From Cenococcum geophilum (lineage: Eukaryota), in contig CP158635.1 in the NCBI GenBank assembly GCA_050273025.1, forward strand, positions 19,220,001 to 19,284,000: a DNA stretch of 64,000 bases. Reading direction: 5' to 3'. Below the pieces are notes generated by a model. That model was given only the letters and a program-made list of their open reading frames with translations, was not told the origin of the DNA and did not search any database. Shown here one piece after another: positions 40,301-54,325 of the stretch. Each line of letters starts with the position of its first letter. Position 1 is the stretch's first letter. A program made the translations under genes and the position numbers.

Positions 40301-43300
40301 TATAGGACCTTTTAAACGTGTTCGGTATACTTAGAAGGGTTATTACTATAAATAAGTATATTATCTAGGTACGCGGAGTAGAAGTTATTAAGGTAGTCCC
40401 GTAAGGCGTTATTAATATAGCTCTAGAAGGTGCTTGGGCTATCATATACGCTAAAGGGTATAACGGTACATCTAAACTGGCCGAAGCGTAATACGAATAC
40501 AGTTTTCCATTTATTACCTTTCCGTATTTAGAGATAGTTAAAGGTAGTAATAATATTAAGCTTAGTATAGATTTTGGCTTAGCTAAGCCGCTTAAGGGTC
40601 TCCTGTATAACGGTACTAGGTATTAATTTTTAATTATAATAGCGTTAAGTCCTCTATAGTTAATATAGAATTAAATACCTTCTCCTAGCTTTTTAGTAAG
40701 AAGGATAGGGGCGGCTGCTAGTAATATACTGAGATAAATAAACCCTTTATTAAGGTGCTTATTAATATACTTTCTTATAACTAGAAGTTCGTTTTTTAAT
40801 ATTAGGTAGGGTCTCTTATAAGGTAGCGTTTTACCTTATTTAATATTAATAGTATAGTTATTAGGTTAATATAGGGGGAGTATATCTACGCCCTTTTATA
40901 AGTATATATTAATAAAGTCGTAATACCTTTTAGGGAGGAGCTTACGGAGTTCTTTATTAGTAAGTCCTTTTTTAAGTTTTATAAACTTCTTAAAGTCTAA
41001 AGGTAAAAGTCTATAAAGTTCCGCAGGGGCGTTATCTTTTAAAAGGTTAACTATATTTATCCTATTACTATAGAGGACGTAGTTTTACTTTTTATCAAGC
41101 TTATATAGTTATAATTAGGAAGCTATAGTAACGGTCTAGCCTTTTCTATATATTATACGGTAGAAGGCCGCGGCACTTATATAGTAGTAGTTAGTTATAG
41201 GTAGGGTAATAAGGGGTTTCTTAGGTTAATATTCTAGTAAGTAAATAAAGGCAGCTAGGCTATATCCTAGGTAAGTCTCTCTATAGTATTTAAAGTTAAA
41301 GGTTACTTCTCTCTTTTCCTAGTTAATAGTGGGGTTGTATTATTTAAGCTAGCTTATTCTAAGGATAATAGGGTAGTTAGTAAGTAGTATAATATAGGCC
41401 TAGAGCTCTTCCTGGTGCCCATTTATATTTAAGTAGAGTTATACTATATAGGTAATTTTCTATACGGCATAACTACTGTTAGCGAGTTATAGGGCGCGGG
41501 CTTTAATAAAGGGTAAGGTAGGTAGGTTATAAGTGCGTATAAGTTAGGTATTTATAAATTAGTTAATAGCTCCGCAGTTAATTATAGAACGGCTTTTATA
41601 TTATTTTATAGCAGTAGTTCCTATAATAGGTAAAACTATCTATTTCTATCCGTTTATCTTTATTAAGTTATTTATTAAGTAGGCCAATATATAGATCCCT
41701 CTATTATTAGGGCGTCCTAACCTACAACTTAGGGCTAAAACTTAGCGTTTTCTATTTTTATATCTAATTTTACTGCTATTACTACGTCTTTATCTTATAT
41801 AGTAGTGGTGTATAGTAATATATTTAGTGTTTAGGGTATTAAGTTAGATATTAGGCGGTAAGTACTAAACCTAGCTATTAGGTAGTTTAGGTTATCACAA
41901 TAATAGCCTTCTTAATAGCATTTATAGCAGCGTTCTAATTTCTAAAGTAGCTCGCGCTTTTTATCTAGGAGTTTTTACGGAAAGGTTAGTATAGAGAGGT
42001 TAATATTAGCTCTAATAGCACCTAAGGTAGTAAGCGTCGGTAGCTTAGTATATGTAGGTTTAATAGGCCTAGAGGGCTTCTATAGAGAGGTCTTTAAGCG
42101 AGGGTTAGTAGTAGTAATTTAATTTAGTCGTTGTTTAATCTTCTATAGAGCTGCTACTATTTTATAAATATTATTGTAGTTATAGCTAGCGGCTGCGTGA
42201 TTAAGGTAATAAGTAACTTTTTTAAGGAGATCCTTCTGGTCTTTAGTATCGTCTTAGGTAAGAGCTCTAGTATATTCCTAAAATTTAATATAGAACTTAT
42301 TAAATAATTTAGTAGGGCTTATCTTTAGGGTATATAGTTTAGCTTAGTTAATAGCTAGTAAGTTATAGTTGTGGTATATTAGGTTAAGATTATTAAGAAC
42401 TTTTTAGTAAGACTACTACTTCTAAGGGCTACTAGTCTCCTATTAGGCGAAGAGTCTATTAAATAGTGTACCCTTTATTCGCCTAATAATGTAGCTAATC
42501 TTAGTATTTTCTATAGGAAAAAGGTAGGCGCTTTAAGTTAGTTTTTTGTGGATTTATATCTTCTAGTGGCTATATTCCTTGCGATTTCCTTAAAAGACTA
42601 GGGGATTAAGGTAGCGTGTATTAGATCCTATAGTAATAGTTTAGGTCCAATTATTATAGCTTTTATTATTGCTGCTTTAGTAGGGGTTCCTATTAGGTGA
42701 AGCTGCTTAGCGCTAACCGTCCGTTAAGCGTTAAGTAGGTAAAGTTGCTAGGGGTATAGAGACTTAGGTAGCGTTATATATAGTAAAGAGGTGCCTAGTA
42801 TTGTTATAAATATACTTATTAAGCTAAGATTATAGGTATTTAATTATGCCTTCTTTTTTAGTAACTATAGTAATTAGTATAATCTTATTCTTCTTTAACT
42901 GTTAGATATCGCGTTTAGATATATAGAGGTTATCTTTAGTTTCTTAACGTGTGTTATTAGCGAGCGCCTTATAAGCTTATAGGTCTTAAATAATATCGCG
43001 ATCTTAAATAGTACGCATCTTAGCTTATATAAGCTTTAGGTGGTAGTTTTATAAAAGGCAATAATATTTATTAGAGTTTTGTACTACTATTTTTATAAAC
43101 GTCTCGGCGTCTTATATTTTAATTTTAATAGGTAATAGCCCTTCTATTTACTTGTCTATAGTTATATAGTTAATAAAAAAATAAGATATTATTAGTGTCT
43201 ATTTCCTTAGGGGTTAGAGCTAATAAATTAAATTCTCCTAGGATTAATTGGCGTTATAGGTTAAGTATAGGTATTAGATTATTCTTTAGGTTTAATATAG

Positions 43301-43609
43301 TGGCTAATAAGGAATATTATCTTACTATTATGGGTTCCTTAGAAGTATAAAGTAAGGTAATTTATAGATATACTGCTTCTAGCAGCGTCTATAGTATTAT
43401 AGAGACGTAGAATTGGTTATAGGCTAAGCGTTAGTGGTAAAAAGACGTAACGTAATGTCATAGAATGAGGGCAGTGGCTATAGAGCGTATGTATTTAAGG
43501 AGTCTATAAGACGTTACGCGATTAATCGTAAGGGTCGAGGGCGTAAGGAGGTGATATACCTACGCGTAGCTAATATAAGCTGTACGCGAGGTGTACGCAA
43601 AAGCACGGG
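37309..43609 (-). mobile_element. Near full-length Ty3/Gypsy chromovirus (family A), RIP-mutated; 5' LTR truncated
   Basis: 193-bp 3' LTR at 37309-37501 with PPT GAAGGGGGGGTAG, and a matching LTR at 43456-43609. Order is gag, protease, RT (AYLD(D)ILI ~40360), RNase H (~39700-39900), integrase and a chromodomain-like region (~37850-38030). Confidence 0.95.
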
Positions 43610-43799
43610 AAGGGTAGTAATAATAAAGGCGACGCGTTATGGGCGACGTGATATAGGCGACGCGATAGGGATAATGCGGTTAGGAATAACCACCTTAACT
43701 TTATTAACTCTATTAAATTAACTACATTTAATTGATCTGATTATCTACAAAGCCTCAAACGGATTAACTCGGGCGTTGCTATACGGCAATTTTAAGCCA

Positions 43800-44005
43800 A
43801 TAGACGAGGCTTGGCTCCCTTAGGTGATATTCGCCCTTACCCAAATCCTTACCACTAAGGCCTTACTGGTTCCTGGTTACCTGGTTATCGCTAAAGCTTC
43901 AGAACCGATCCAGATTAAGCCAATAAAATCGTCTAACCGGTTAGGCTTTGAATTTTGGTATAACCGAACCGATCCAATAAAGTAACCTAACCAGTGACAT
44001 CACTG
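43800..44005. mobile_element. Single end of a hAT-like DNA transposon
   Basis: The terminus reads CAGTGATGTCAC on the minus strand, with subterminal AACCGATCC / TAACCG repeats. No partner end found. Confidence 0.45.
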
Positions 44006-44382
44006 ACTAGTTATATAAAAAGGGGGTATATCTAGCCTATAAGGAGGGAGATCTATACCCTTTAGGCTTTAAAATCCACTTTTATTAAAGTTTTACTGCT
44101 TATTTACCCTATATATAACTCTTAATATAATAATACTATTAGTATTACAATATATTTAACGCCAAAACCCATATCGTATTAAGGGGTTTTGCTTATACTT
44201 TCTAATAGATATCCTAATAGGTATCTTAATAAACTTAATAGCGATATAGATTACCTTAATAATAGCGGCGGCTTAAACTAAGGCGTACTATAGATAATTT
44301 ATGTATAGGGGACGTCTACTTATACTATTCTTTAGTAGACTCTCTTACTATAGAGCTTAATAACTATAAGAGTATACATATT

Positions 44383-44619
44383 TGTCGACCTGAATCGGAC
44401 TTCCTTACCACTATCGTAATACTGTCTGACGACCTAGATCGTCTGTACGAACTATGTCTCAGTTGTCTCTCAACTTATGACTAAATGTCTCATCGAATGT
44501 CTCATTACCTATTTTCTATTACCTATTTGACTCAGTTGCCTGGACCTACCTGATCTATATAGAGAGCTTCTAGAGCCATATTCAAGAGACAGAGTCCTTA
44601 TCCTATTCTACGTTCAACA
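44383..44619. mobile_element. Solo LTR (237 bp), little RIP
   Basis: TGTCGA...TCAACA termini with a perfect 5-bp TSD ATATT (44378-44382, 44620-44624). Confidence 0.88.
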
Positions 44620-45069
44620 ATATTAGATCCTGTAAAAGTCGCAATAGATTCGCGATTACTCCTAATATTATTACTGCCTTATAGTATAGCCGCAGCTATA
44701 AAAAGATGGGCTTTAAAAGATCCAGTATAAGTAGTAAGTTCGCCCCAATCTATATAGGAAAAAGCTAACATCTAGATACTTTAGCTGTAGCGTCCTTATT
44801 ACTAAAGCCTCTCTTAAAGCCTTACTCAGATTCTCCCTTAGAGCCTTACTTAGAGCCTCGCTCAGAGCCTCGCTTAGACCCTCCCTTAAAGTATTCCTCT
44901 AAGCCTCCCTTAAAGCGTTTCTTAAAGCTGTCCTTAATACCACGCTAAGCCTTGCGATAACTACCTCTGCGCAACTACACCGTATAATTACTATAAGTTG
45001 TGGCCGCAGAGGAACTTTTAGGTAGCTTATAGCCCTAATTTTGTATATAACACCAAAAATTCTATACAA

Positions 45070-45210
45070 AGTTAATCAAGCGGTCAAGCAAGCAAGCAAG
45101 CCGAATAATTTCGATCAAGCAAGCCAAGCCAGCAAGCTCAAGGTGCCCAAAATTGCAAGCCAGCAAGCTAAGGGCTCTCAGCTTGGCTTGCTTGCTTGTT
45201 ACCCACTCTG
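45070..45210. mobile_element. End of a second hAT-like element with CAAGC subterminal repeats
   Basis: Minus-strand terminus CAGAGTGGGTAACAAGCAAGC with many CAAGC / GCTTG motifs in both orientations. Composition changes sharply at 45210. Confidence 0.5.
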
Positions 45211-45237
45211 GACCCTCCTTCCTCACCCGCGCCATAT

Positions 45238-48200
45238 TTATCCAATAAAAGAGTCAGCCCCATTGGTATGGTCTTCCAATAATCCTTGAGTACTACTAAT
45301 GGACCAATTGCTTTCTCTCTTGAGTCTCTTCGGCGTCGATAAGTCTGCTTCCTCCGGTTCCATGGTCGCTAGTCCCTTGCTAAGCTCAATACAGCCCTCG
45401 CAATACATTGCTCTCTGGTCCTTCCCTTTAACAAACTGGTCTGCTAACCACTTAAAGATCATCCAGCCCGTTTGGAACAATGCGAAGTTGGCGACCAAGA
45501 CTGTTAACGTTATGGTTGACTTACTCTTCCACTGGCCCACAGAGCAAATATATTGTGCGTAAATGGAAGCTTGCCGAGTACCGAGCGGTCCGGTAAGGGT
45601 TTAAATTTCGTGTAGCTCTCAGCCATAGGTGTCAAGAATTCCTACTCTGCTAGCTCGCCGGGTGGTGCAATTCCTTAAAATTTCCACCAGTCCAGGGTGG
45701 AGCTGTTGCGCAAAGGCGCTCCAGGTTGTCTGTTGGAGTTATTAGGTAGGTCGAGAATATACTAGAGCAACTTGGGGTCAAGAAGTACATTCTCTATATA
45801 ATTGTTTCCCAAGTCCGCAAGAATTAGGGTATATTCGGTTGCAAATCGGCTCCATTATATAACTGTTCAATCCGTACACCTTTTAGTGTCGCCCATTCTG
45901 TAATTAGTAGCGGCTACCACTATAGCTCGTTTAAACCTATAATAAAGGCAATTATTTAGTAGCTCCAGATAAGGCTCCAGATTTAACTTTATATAATACG
46001 TAATTAACATCAGTAAGCAATTCGCGTAAGCCCCTCTCTACCACCAGGCCTCTATCACAACTCCCTACTTTAGTATATTAATAGAGCCTCCTCCTCAGCC
46101 AACGCCCCCTCTGCAATCAACGCTTTCTATACCTTTATCCACCTCCTATAGCCGTAGTAGAGTTACAGCAACGCCCGCGACGCCTATAACGCCTATAACG
46201 CCCGCGACACCCGCAGTGCGCAGGAATGCGCGTCTAAGATAGACAGGCGAGATAAAGGAGGCGATATTAGAAGGCCTTATTAAGGCCGTTAAAAAAGGAT
46301 ATTATACAGATAGCTCTTACAAATCTAACGGCTAGAAGATTACTCTTAATTATACGCTTACTATTTCCCGGCAGCCTATTACTCTTAGGTAAATTAAGAG
46401 TAAGTATAACAACTATAAGAGGGACTAGAAGCTATAAAAGGAGCTCTATAACCTCTCTAGCTAAGGGTAGGATAAAGATAAAGGCGTACCCGTTACTAGT
46501 AAGAAAGTTATAAAGGCCTACTTTAAAGCTAATCCTACCGCTAAAAAGTTTTATAATATACCACCTACCTTCCTAAATCTACTACAGGAGCTATTTAACG
46601 GAGTTTTAGCAACAGGTAGTTATATAAGGTTAATTAACAAAGCAATTAAGAGCTCTATAGACCCTAAACTTCTCTTAGCGGTGGCCTTATAGGTATTAGG
46701 TTTAGTAGATAAGGAAAATAAGGAGGAGGCTAAAGAGGAAGCTAAAAAGAAGGCCAAGGAGGAAGTAGATAAGGCCTTTAAATTAAAGTTAGCTCGCAGC
46801 TCTATTAAAGGCAGTTAATTAAGCTTACCTTTAGCTAAGTACCTTAGTCCTTCTAGATCTTCCTTAACGCTAAGTTAACCTTCTTTACTAGCTATATAGA
46901 AGCGGGCTATTAAGTAAGCTACTAGAGCCACTAAATCTAATATAAAGCGCTAGTAAGAAAGACGGCAAGTTATAAAGGCACTAAAGAAGACGGTAGAGAA
47001 GGTAATAAGAGAGATAAGGGCTATAAGAGAGTTAATTGCCCAAAAATCTCCTTAAGAGAAGGCCTCTATAGAGTTTACCTATAAGTTTAGTAACCTAGAT
47101 TCTATAGAGCAACTAGCTATTTTATAAGCTTTTAAAATGGAGTCTACTACCAGATTATTTCTTACAACGGCTAGGGCTGTAGAGCTTTAGCAAAGCTTAA
47201 TTAATAATATTTTAGCTAGTAGGAAGAACAACGCATAAAAAAGCAAGCTTTAGGTAAAATCTGGGTTACTCTTTAGAGCCTTTATATAGAGGCAATTAAT
47301 AAGCAATCTATATAGGAAAGCTATATAGATTTATATAATAAATACACCTAAATCTACTATATATTCTTAAGTAATTAGCCTACTAATTACCTAGCAGTAA
47401 CTCTTCTATATAAGCTCCGCAATCTTATCGCGTCTTTAGTTTATAACTATATCGCCTTCTACCTCTACAAGCCCTATGTTATCCTTATCTATAACCTTAT
47501 CCTCTACCTCTAGATTATTATCTAGTAGGTTATTTAAATTATTTATATTAATAAAGTTATAAACTATAGCTAAGGCGTATACTATATCTACCTATATACT
47601 TAAAAGGAGACGACGCCTACTAGCCTTAAAGTACTACAAACAATTCTTAAAAACTCCTATAGTACGCTCTACTACATTCCTTAGTACCGCATATTAAATA
47701 TTAAAGAGCTCCTTTACGTTCTATAGTCTAATATTTACTTACGCTTACTTACAAAAATAATATTATACACTACGGTAGGGGGTTAGGGTTATAGGCGTAT
47801 TAGAGTACCTAATATCTGCAATATAATATCTACTAGGTAAGGCTTTAAATCCTTTAGCTCTCGCTAAATTAAGGACTTTAAAGTTATAAGCAGAGCCCTT
47901 CTAGCTAGCTAGAACGTAAAGGAAGTTTATCTAGAAATTAATAACTACAAAAACGTTCTGTAATAATCCTTCCTTCCTTCTACGCCATAGAACTTACTTT
48001 ATATACCCACTAATTACAAAAACTGGTAGATAAGTACACCTTTATATTTACATTTAAGCTCCGGTTCCGTTACAATATGGAGCCTCTATATTCATAACGG
48101 AGGTGCAACCGAACAACCCCTTAGGGAGCGAAATACCTTCGCAAAGAATAGTGCTTCAGTAAGGGGGCGTGACTCACTAAGAGTCTTATTATTATACAGA

Positions 48201-49138
48201 TCTGAGGGATTCGGGTAGACGAGGTTAGTAGCGGTTCCGGTGGACGTAAGAGTAAAATATCGTAGCGTAAACAGCCCCGGGTCCTTGATAGACTTCCCTT
48301 CAACAGGGATAAACGTCATGCCGGCTCGCTTCTACGAGTTTTTGTCAGGCGATGCTGCTGCCATCATGTACTGTATTCCAAGAAAATAGTTATTCAGGAG
48401 CCGCGCTCCCCACCAGATGCTCGCGTGGGTAGTTGGATCGTCAACTATAAGATAGCTGTAAGGACTTGAAGGGATCGAATTATCGATGGTTACGTCATTG
48501 TAAAGGGTAGCAAGATTCGTGTAGTGGGTTTTGAACGATATAATAAAGGGTCCCTCGTCAAGGACGATCTTACAATGGGTGGTAGCGTCGGCCGAGCTAT
48601 CCATCCAGCTCCACCAACACTTGTCACAGTTGGCTGTGTCGTCCGATTTTCTTAAATCAATATCAATCGTAGATACTTCGCAGTCCGTCAGCGAGTTATT
48701 ATGGTAGGATAACGACGACCGCTGAGTCAACTTTGCCTTGGGGTTGGAGGAATCGGATTGGGAAGACACGCCAGTGACTGTATAGCGGAGGCCTAAGTTG
48801 GTCGTCATGAAGTCATATCCAACAGGTATGTCAAAGTGCTGGCACTGTGGATTGAGCGTGTCATCATTCCAGGTGAAAAATACGTTATTGAACCATTGTT
48901 TGTGATCCTCAGTCCCATTTGGGTTGGTAGTATACTTCGGCTGCATATCAAACCCAGTGGTGGCAACGTTGAATACCGTGAAGACCGCCAGGAAGAGGAT
49001 TATGCCGATAGAGACACATGTCTTAAATCGTTTGTGGAATGGGTATGGCCGTTGAAGATTGTACGATAGTTCATCATTCAAGAAATCTCGAGCTTTGCCC
49101 GGGAAGTTGGATAGCATTTTACGCCGGGGCATCTTCAC
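45238..49138 (-). pseudogene. Host transmembrane protein gene (~534 aa reconstructed) split by a Harbinger insertion
   Basis: ORFs 49138-48332 and 48319-48124 are one frame separated by a single TAG. Removing 45827-48120 plus one TTA restores ...FAKVFRSL|ILADLG... in frame. The frame continues with 3 stops and a 1-bp frameshift into ORF 45540-45238. Hydrophobic segments lie near both termini. Confidence 0.9.
45827..48120. mobile_element. PIF/Harbinger DNA transposon (2294 bp), RIP-mutated and probably internally deleted
   Basis: TTA TSD (45824-45826, 48121-48123) and imperfect TIRs GGGTATATTCGGTTGCA / GGGGTTGTTCGGTTGCA. It carries convergent remnants of a Myb/SANT-like ORF (+, ~46120-47238) and a DDE transposase (-, ~47370-48040; YVLA(GW)(E)GSA(H), ELFN, LRNVVERTIGVFK). 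Confidence 0.95.
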
Positions 49139-49716
49139 TCAGAAGTCTGAATCTGTCAGTACGTAGCGGATGGGCTCAATCTGCTGCGAAGTGGATATGT
49201 TATTCCCGAGATTGTGTTAAGACCCTAGGGGGGTGGATGCCTACCTGACTCTCACAAATACTGGCTGTTTTTCAAGACTACGAGAAATTTGGTGTTGAAG
49301 TTGAGTTAGATAAACAGTGAGGAGAAGGAGCCTTGGGGTTGCGGCAATAAATGCTAGAAGTACCAGAAGATACTTATCATTTGGGCACAAGGCTGAAGGA
49401 AAAGTCAATGCGCGGTTGGGGGCGCATATCGTATAGCAGTGGGGGCTGTGAGGAGAGACTGCTCAGAAGCCAACCAGGTTAGCTTGCTCTAGTAAAACCA
49501 ACCAACTGTAAGGATGTAATGCAGCTACATCTTGATGTTGATTCCGGGAAGGGCCGCATACGCCGCATTTGGAAACGTCAAGCGACCTCCAGCTCAGCGT
49601 CAGCCGCAGTGATCTTGTTGGAGCGGGGTCTATTTGAAGCTTTTGGTTTGATTGAGGCTTAATGTGGATTTGGATTGGAGCTTCTGATTGGCGGATCGGA
49701 GCAGATCTGAGGAATA

Positions 49717-49830
49717 CCAAAGCGACACCACCCCTCTAAGCGACACCCCCCCTCTAAGCGACACCCCCTCTCAAGTGACACCCCCCCCCCCAAAAGCGAC
49801 CCCCCCGGGCGCGCGACACAGTGTCGGGTC
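49717..49830. repeat. ~18-bp repeats AAGCGACACCCCCCCTCT, probable terminus of a DNA transposon
   Basis: Five copies start just after a TA and mark the junction between unique DNA and a truncated Gypsy. Confidence 0.55.
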
Positions 49831-49834
49831 CCCG

Positions 49835-52800
49835 CAGTTTAGGGCGCTATTCTTTTAGTGCTTTTATAATTACTAGAGGCTCCTTATTATATATTTTATA
49901 GTTATATTTAGGGGCGGAGTGCTTAGCAAAGAAGAATGCGACTAGCTTAAGTTTACCATCTTCGTTAGCTTGGTAAAGTACACCTCCTAAAGCCTAGTTT
50001 AAGGCGTCTATTTCTACTACGGTCTTCTTTATATAGTTATAGTATACTAAAACTAGTGCTATAGTAAACGCTATTTTTAGGGTTTAGAACGCCTGTGCTT
50101 ACTTAGGGCCCTATAACTAGCTAGTGCTCTTTTTTAGTAGCCTAGTTATAGGCTTAACTACCTTAGAGTAGCCTTAGATAAATTATTAGTAGAAGTTCGC
50201 AAAGCTAAGAAATTACTATAGTTCCTTAACTAACGTTAGGTCCTTCTATTTCTATAATACCTACACCTTCTTAGGGTCTATAGTTATACTATTAGTTAAG
50301 ATAATTAAGCTAAGGTATTTTATTTTTATAGCGTAGAACTTGGACTTATTAATATTAATTTAGAGTCTAGCATTACCAAGTCTCTAGATGATTTTATTTA
50401 TATATTTTATATATTTGGCGCGTATTTTAGAGAAGATAAGGATATTATTAAGATATGCAGTGTAGTAGTTATTAAGGGCGTTATATAAGATATGGTTAAT
50501 ATAGTTTTAGAATATAGTAGGTATATTATAAGGACCAAATAGTATAACTAATATCTCGTAGAGTCTAAACTAGGTAATAAATACTGTAAGCTACTTATAG
50601 CCTTTCGCGATCTAGATCTGGTTAATATAGTAATTATATTAAGCTTAGTAAAGTATTTAGCGCTATAGAGTGCGTTAAGTGTCTTGCGGACTAGTAGCAA
50701 TAGGTACCGATTCTTAATAGTAACTATATTTAGGCCTTAATAATTATAGTAGATTTATACACCGCCGCTAGGTTTTATAGTAAGGGGAAGTAGTATAGCG
50801 GCTAGTAAAGTTAATTCGCGGATAAAACTCTTATCTAGTATCTTGTTAATCTACTTTTTTATATACCTAAGTTTAGCGGGTAAGAGTGGTTTGTTTTTAT
50901 AGTATAGGGCTTACTTTTTAGGTATAATCTTAATTATATAGTCTTATAGTTAGTAAGGGGGCAGCTTATTTATATTCTTAGAGAGGAAGTATTTAATATA
51001 TTTGCGAAACTCCTTTAGTAAGCGTTATAAAATATCTTTATAGGTTAATCCTAGTTTGCCTTTTAGGAATTTCTTAATATTAGTGTTAACTATCTTTTGG
51101 CGTAGAAACTTAGACCTAGTTTTTAGGTTTATTTTAAGAAAGTTATAAAAGTAAGGGGGTAGTGCTTTGCGGGCTTCCTTTATTATATAATCGCCTTTTA
51201 CTAGCTAGTAAAAAGACCTTTTTAATAGGTTTGGTACTTCTATTAGGCCTATAAGCAGCTCTTTAAGTAGCTATTAGTGCTCTTTTTATTTAACTAGTTC
51301 TACTAGTTCCGCTATATAGATTCTTATTACCTTTATGCCTTTTTATTTACAGAACTGGGTGAAATTAATAGCATAGGTGTATTTAATATTGTCTAGGTTA
51401 GGGCGTGTCTAGTTCTCTAGTGCTATGGCTAGGCTAATACGGCTTAGTTAGCCTAGGGGGGCGGAAATAAGGCGGCGGCCCTATATAGTACGCGTAGGAG
51501 ATAGGTATAAGGTTAGGCGTTATAGGGGGAAGGTTTTAATTACTCTAGTCCCAGTCTTAGCTATAATACCCTTAGCTGTTATATATGTGGTCGTATATAT
51601 ATATAGCAAATAACTTAGAGTTAGGTATTTTATTAGCTGGCTTAGGCTAAGCGGGTGTATATAAGGGACTTATAGTTCTAGTAGTATTCGTTTTTTTAGG
51701 GATAGGTTAGTAGTCTAGTCTTCTAGGATCTTTGCTTTATTTACTATATATATTAGCTCGCTAGTATTAGGTACTTCTTCTACTATTAGCTAATAGTATT
51801 TAAGTATTAGCTGTGTAATGCGTCCGTATAGTGCTATTTAATTATAGTTAGGAATATACTATAGGAGACAGTTATAGGCGCAGTAATTAGAGTTAAACTT
51901 AAGCTCTAAGGCGGGGAAATCTACTTTTAAGTTATGCTTTTAAAGCTAGGGCATTCTAAGGATTACTAGGGTAGAGGGTAATAACTTTATAACGTAGAAG
52001 AGTATAGATTCCGTATAGTATCTAATTGTTATTATTGCTGTAAAGTAGTAAGTAATAAAGCTAGATAGGAGTTTATTAGTAAGGCGGAGTGGTTTTAAGA
52101 CTAAGAGTCTTTTTATTATAATATTGTGCTTTTTTATAAGCGAGTTTTCGTCTGCAAACGCTAGTGCTATACTGCCGGTATTAATAAGGCTTACTATTTT
52201 AATAAGGACTTATAGGAATAGGTTACGTAGTAAGGAGAGGTAGGTCTAAATAAGGATAGTATTCTTATCGCCGCTTGCTGTTTTAAGGTTAAGTAGTAGC
52301 TAGCTTAGGATAAGGTTTAACTAATTTAGTAGTATAGGTCTAATTCTTTTATTCTCCTCCCTGTATAGTTCTAACCCTTAAAGGCGGCTTAGTCTAAAGG
52401 TTAGCCTTTTAATAATTAAGTTGTGGGGCTTAGCTAATAGCTATAGTTTTAGCTAGTGCGTCTTAATATATTGGTCTCCGATGGTGTATATATGCTAAAG
52501 GGTACTTTACTAAGGATATAGCCGGTTTTATAATTAGTAGTAGTATAAAGTACTAATCCGTAGTTTATATACGGAACTATTAGCTAGGGTTATATTAGGG
52601 AAGGGAATTATAGGAGTAAGTCTCTATGTCTAAGCCTATGTCTACGTCCATAATTACCGCCTTAATTACTATCTCCTCTACTAAAGAATCTACTGCGGCT
52701 AGGAAGGGGTTGGCGCGGTAGTATTAGAAGGGGATTTAGGTTCTTCCTAGGGTTATAAGTATATTTTTAGTAGCTAGGTTGACTACACGCTATATAGAGT

Positions 52801-54325
52801 TTGTTATCTATATAATGTCTTTAAACATTATTAGGGAGGCTACTACTGCCGCTGCTAAATTTAACGGCGTTAAGATCTATTAGGTTATTCTATAGTGCTA
52901 GTACTAGGGTACTATTAGGTGATGTAGGTTAATAGCTGCTAGTAGTACTTAGCTTAGTAGTACTTAGCTTTATTTAGTAGGCGTGGTTTTATAGGTTATA
53001 GGCGAATATATTTATCTACTTACATTAACCCTTATAGTTAGCATCGCCGATCTTACGGCCAAGGGTAAGGTCTAGGTCCTTTATCTTAAGGGAAGTATTC
53101 TTTTTAAGTAAATCCACTTTATGTTCCTTAGTCTTATTTACTTTAATTATTAATTTATTAAGCTCTGCTTTTTAGGACTAGTAGTTATACTCGCCCTAGT
53201 TTAGGGTATTTAACTTATTTTTAGCTGCTTAGGTTGTATCTATAGTCTTATAGTGCTTCCTTATATACACAAATATAGACTCTTGGTTAGAAATGGTCCA
53301 TTTACTTAGGCTATTTAGGCATATACGTAGCATATTAAGGCTATATTTAATATAGTTATAAGCCTTATCTATTAGAGTTTTAAAGCACTTTACGTCTCTT
53401 TAGAAAATGCCTTAGATCTTTATTTCCTATATTTTAAAAATTTCTTACTTTTTAATTAGTGATCCCTTGCTATTAAACGGAGTTGGGTTTTTACTTTACG
53501 CTTTTTTCTATAGGGTTTAGTTGGAGGAGGGTGGCTAGCAGCGGTATTCTTATTAGTAATAGTTTAGGTAAGCGTAGTAATCTAAGAGCTTAGGTTTTAT
53601 ATAGTCTTAGTATATATTAGAGCTTACTGTTCGTATTATTTTATATATAGTTTAAGTATTTTAAGGGAGTTAATTCTATACTGAGCTTCTTTAAGTTAGA
53701 GCTTTATAGTTTGGCCTTTATTATAGACGGTCTAGAGACCACTTTTAACGCTAGTTAAGAAGGTTATACATATAGAGAGGTGATAGAAGGTTCCCGCCAC
53801 CTTAAGGTCCTTAGGGTACTCTAAACTGCTCCTAATTGCCTAGGTAATATTAGGGTGGGAGGTATTAAAGAGGTAGGTAAGCGCTTTGCGTATATTTGCT
53901 AATGGGGTATTATCTATATTATAGTCGCCCATTTTAAGAAATCTAGGTAATGCAATTAAAATTTATAAAGCTGGCTATAATACTAAGATTGTTTAGGACT
54001 ATACTAAGATTATCTAGAACTATAGTACGGTATTGTCGGTTATGTTAGATCGCGATTATACTAGGAAAACGGAGACTATAGACTAGGGAGACGGAGATCG
54101 CGATGGGGCGTAAGAGGAGATACTATAAACTGTTACAGTGCTATAATATAGGTAGGCTAAATAATTATATTGTGGTATAAAGAGGAGAAGAGGCGAAAGG
54201 GGTATTGTATATAGATAGTAGGGCCAGCCGCTAAGGCGCTAGTAGTGAGCTAGCCAATAGTAGGAAATAGTAGGAAATAATATAAGATAGTATAAAACAG
54301 TATGCGATAGGTTAGTGCCGTAATA
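49835..54325 (-). mobile_element. Ty3/Gypsy retrotransposon (family B): 5' LTR, gag, PR, RT, RNase H; 3' truncated
   Basis: LTR at 54131-54325 (TGTTAC...GTAA[T]A), AYL(DD)ILIFS at ~50440, and VAFF.AKHSAP(EC)NY(E)IY(D)KE.L.IIKAL(E)E(W)RP ending at ~49840. Confidence 0.9.

Noticed and set aside
45041..45562. Plus-strand ORFs of 82 and 87 aa
   Set aside because: One reads through CAAGC terminal repeats; the other is antisense to the disrupted host gene.
48332..49138. 268-aa ORF as an intact gene or effector
   Set aside because: It is only the N-terminal half of a longer gene that ends at a premature TAG.
48836..49720. Short ORFs overlapping or upstream of the host gene
   Set aside because: Antisense or alternative-frame ORFs with no supporting features.
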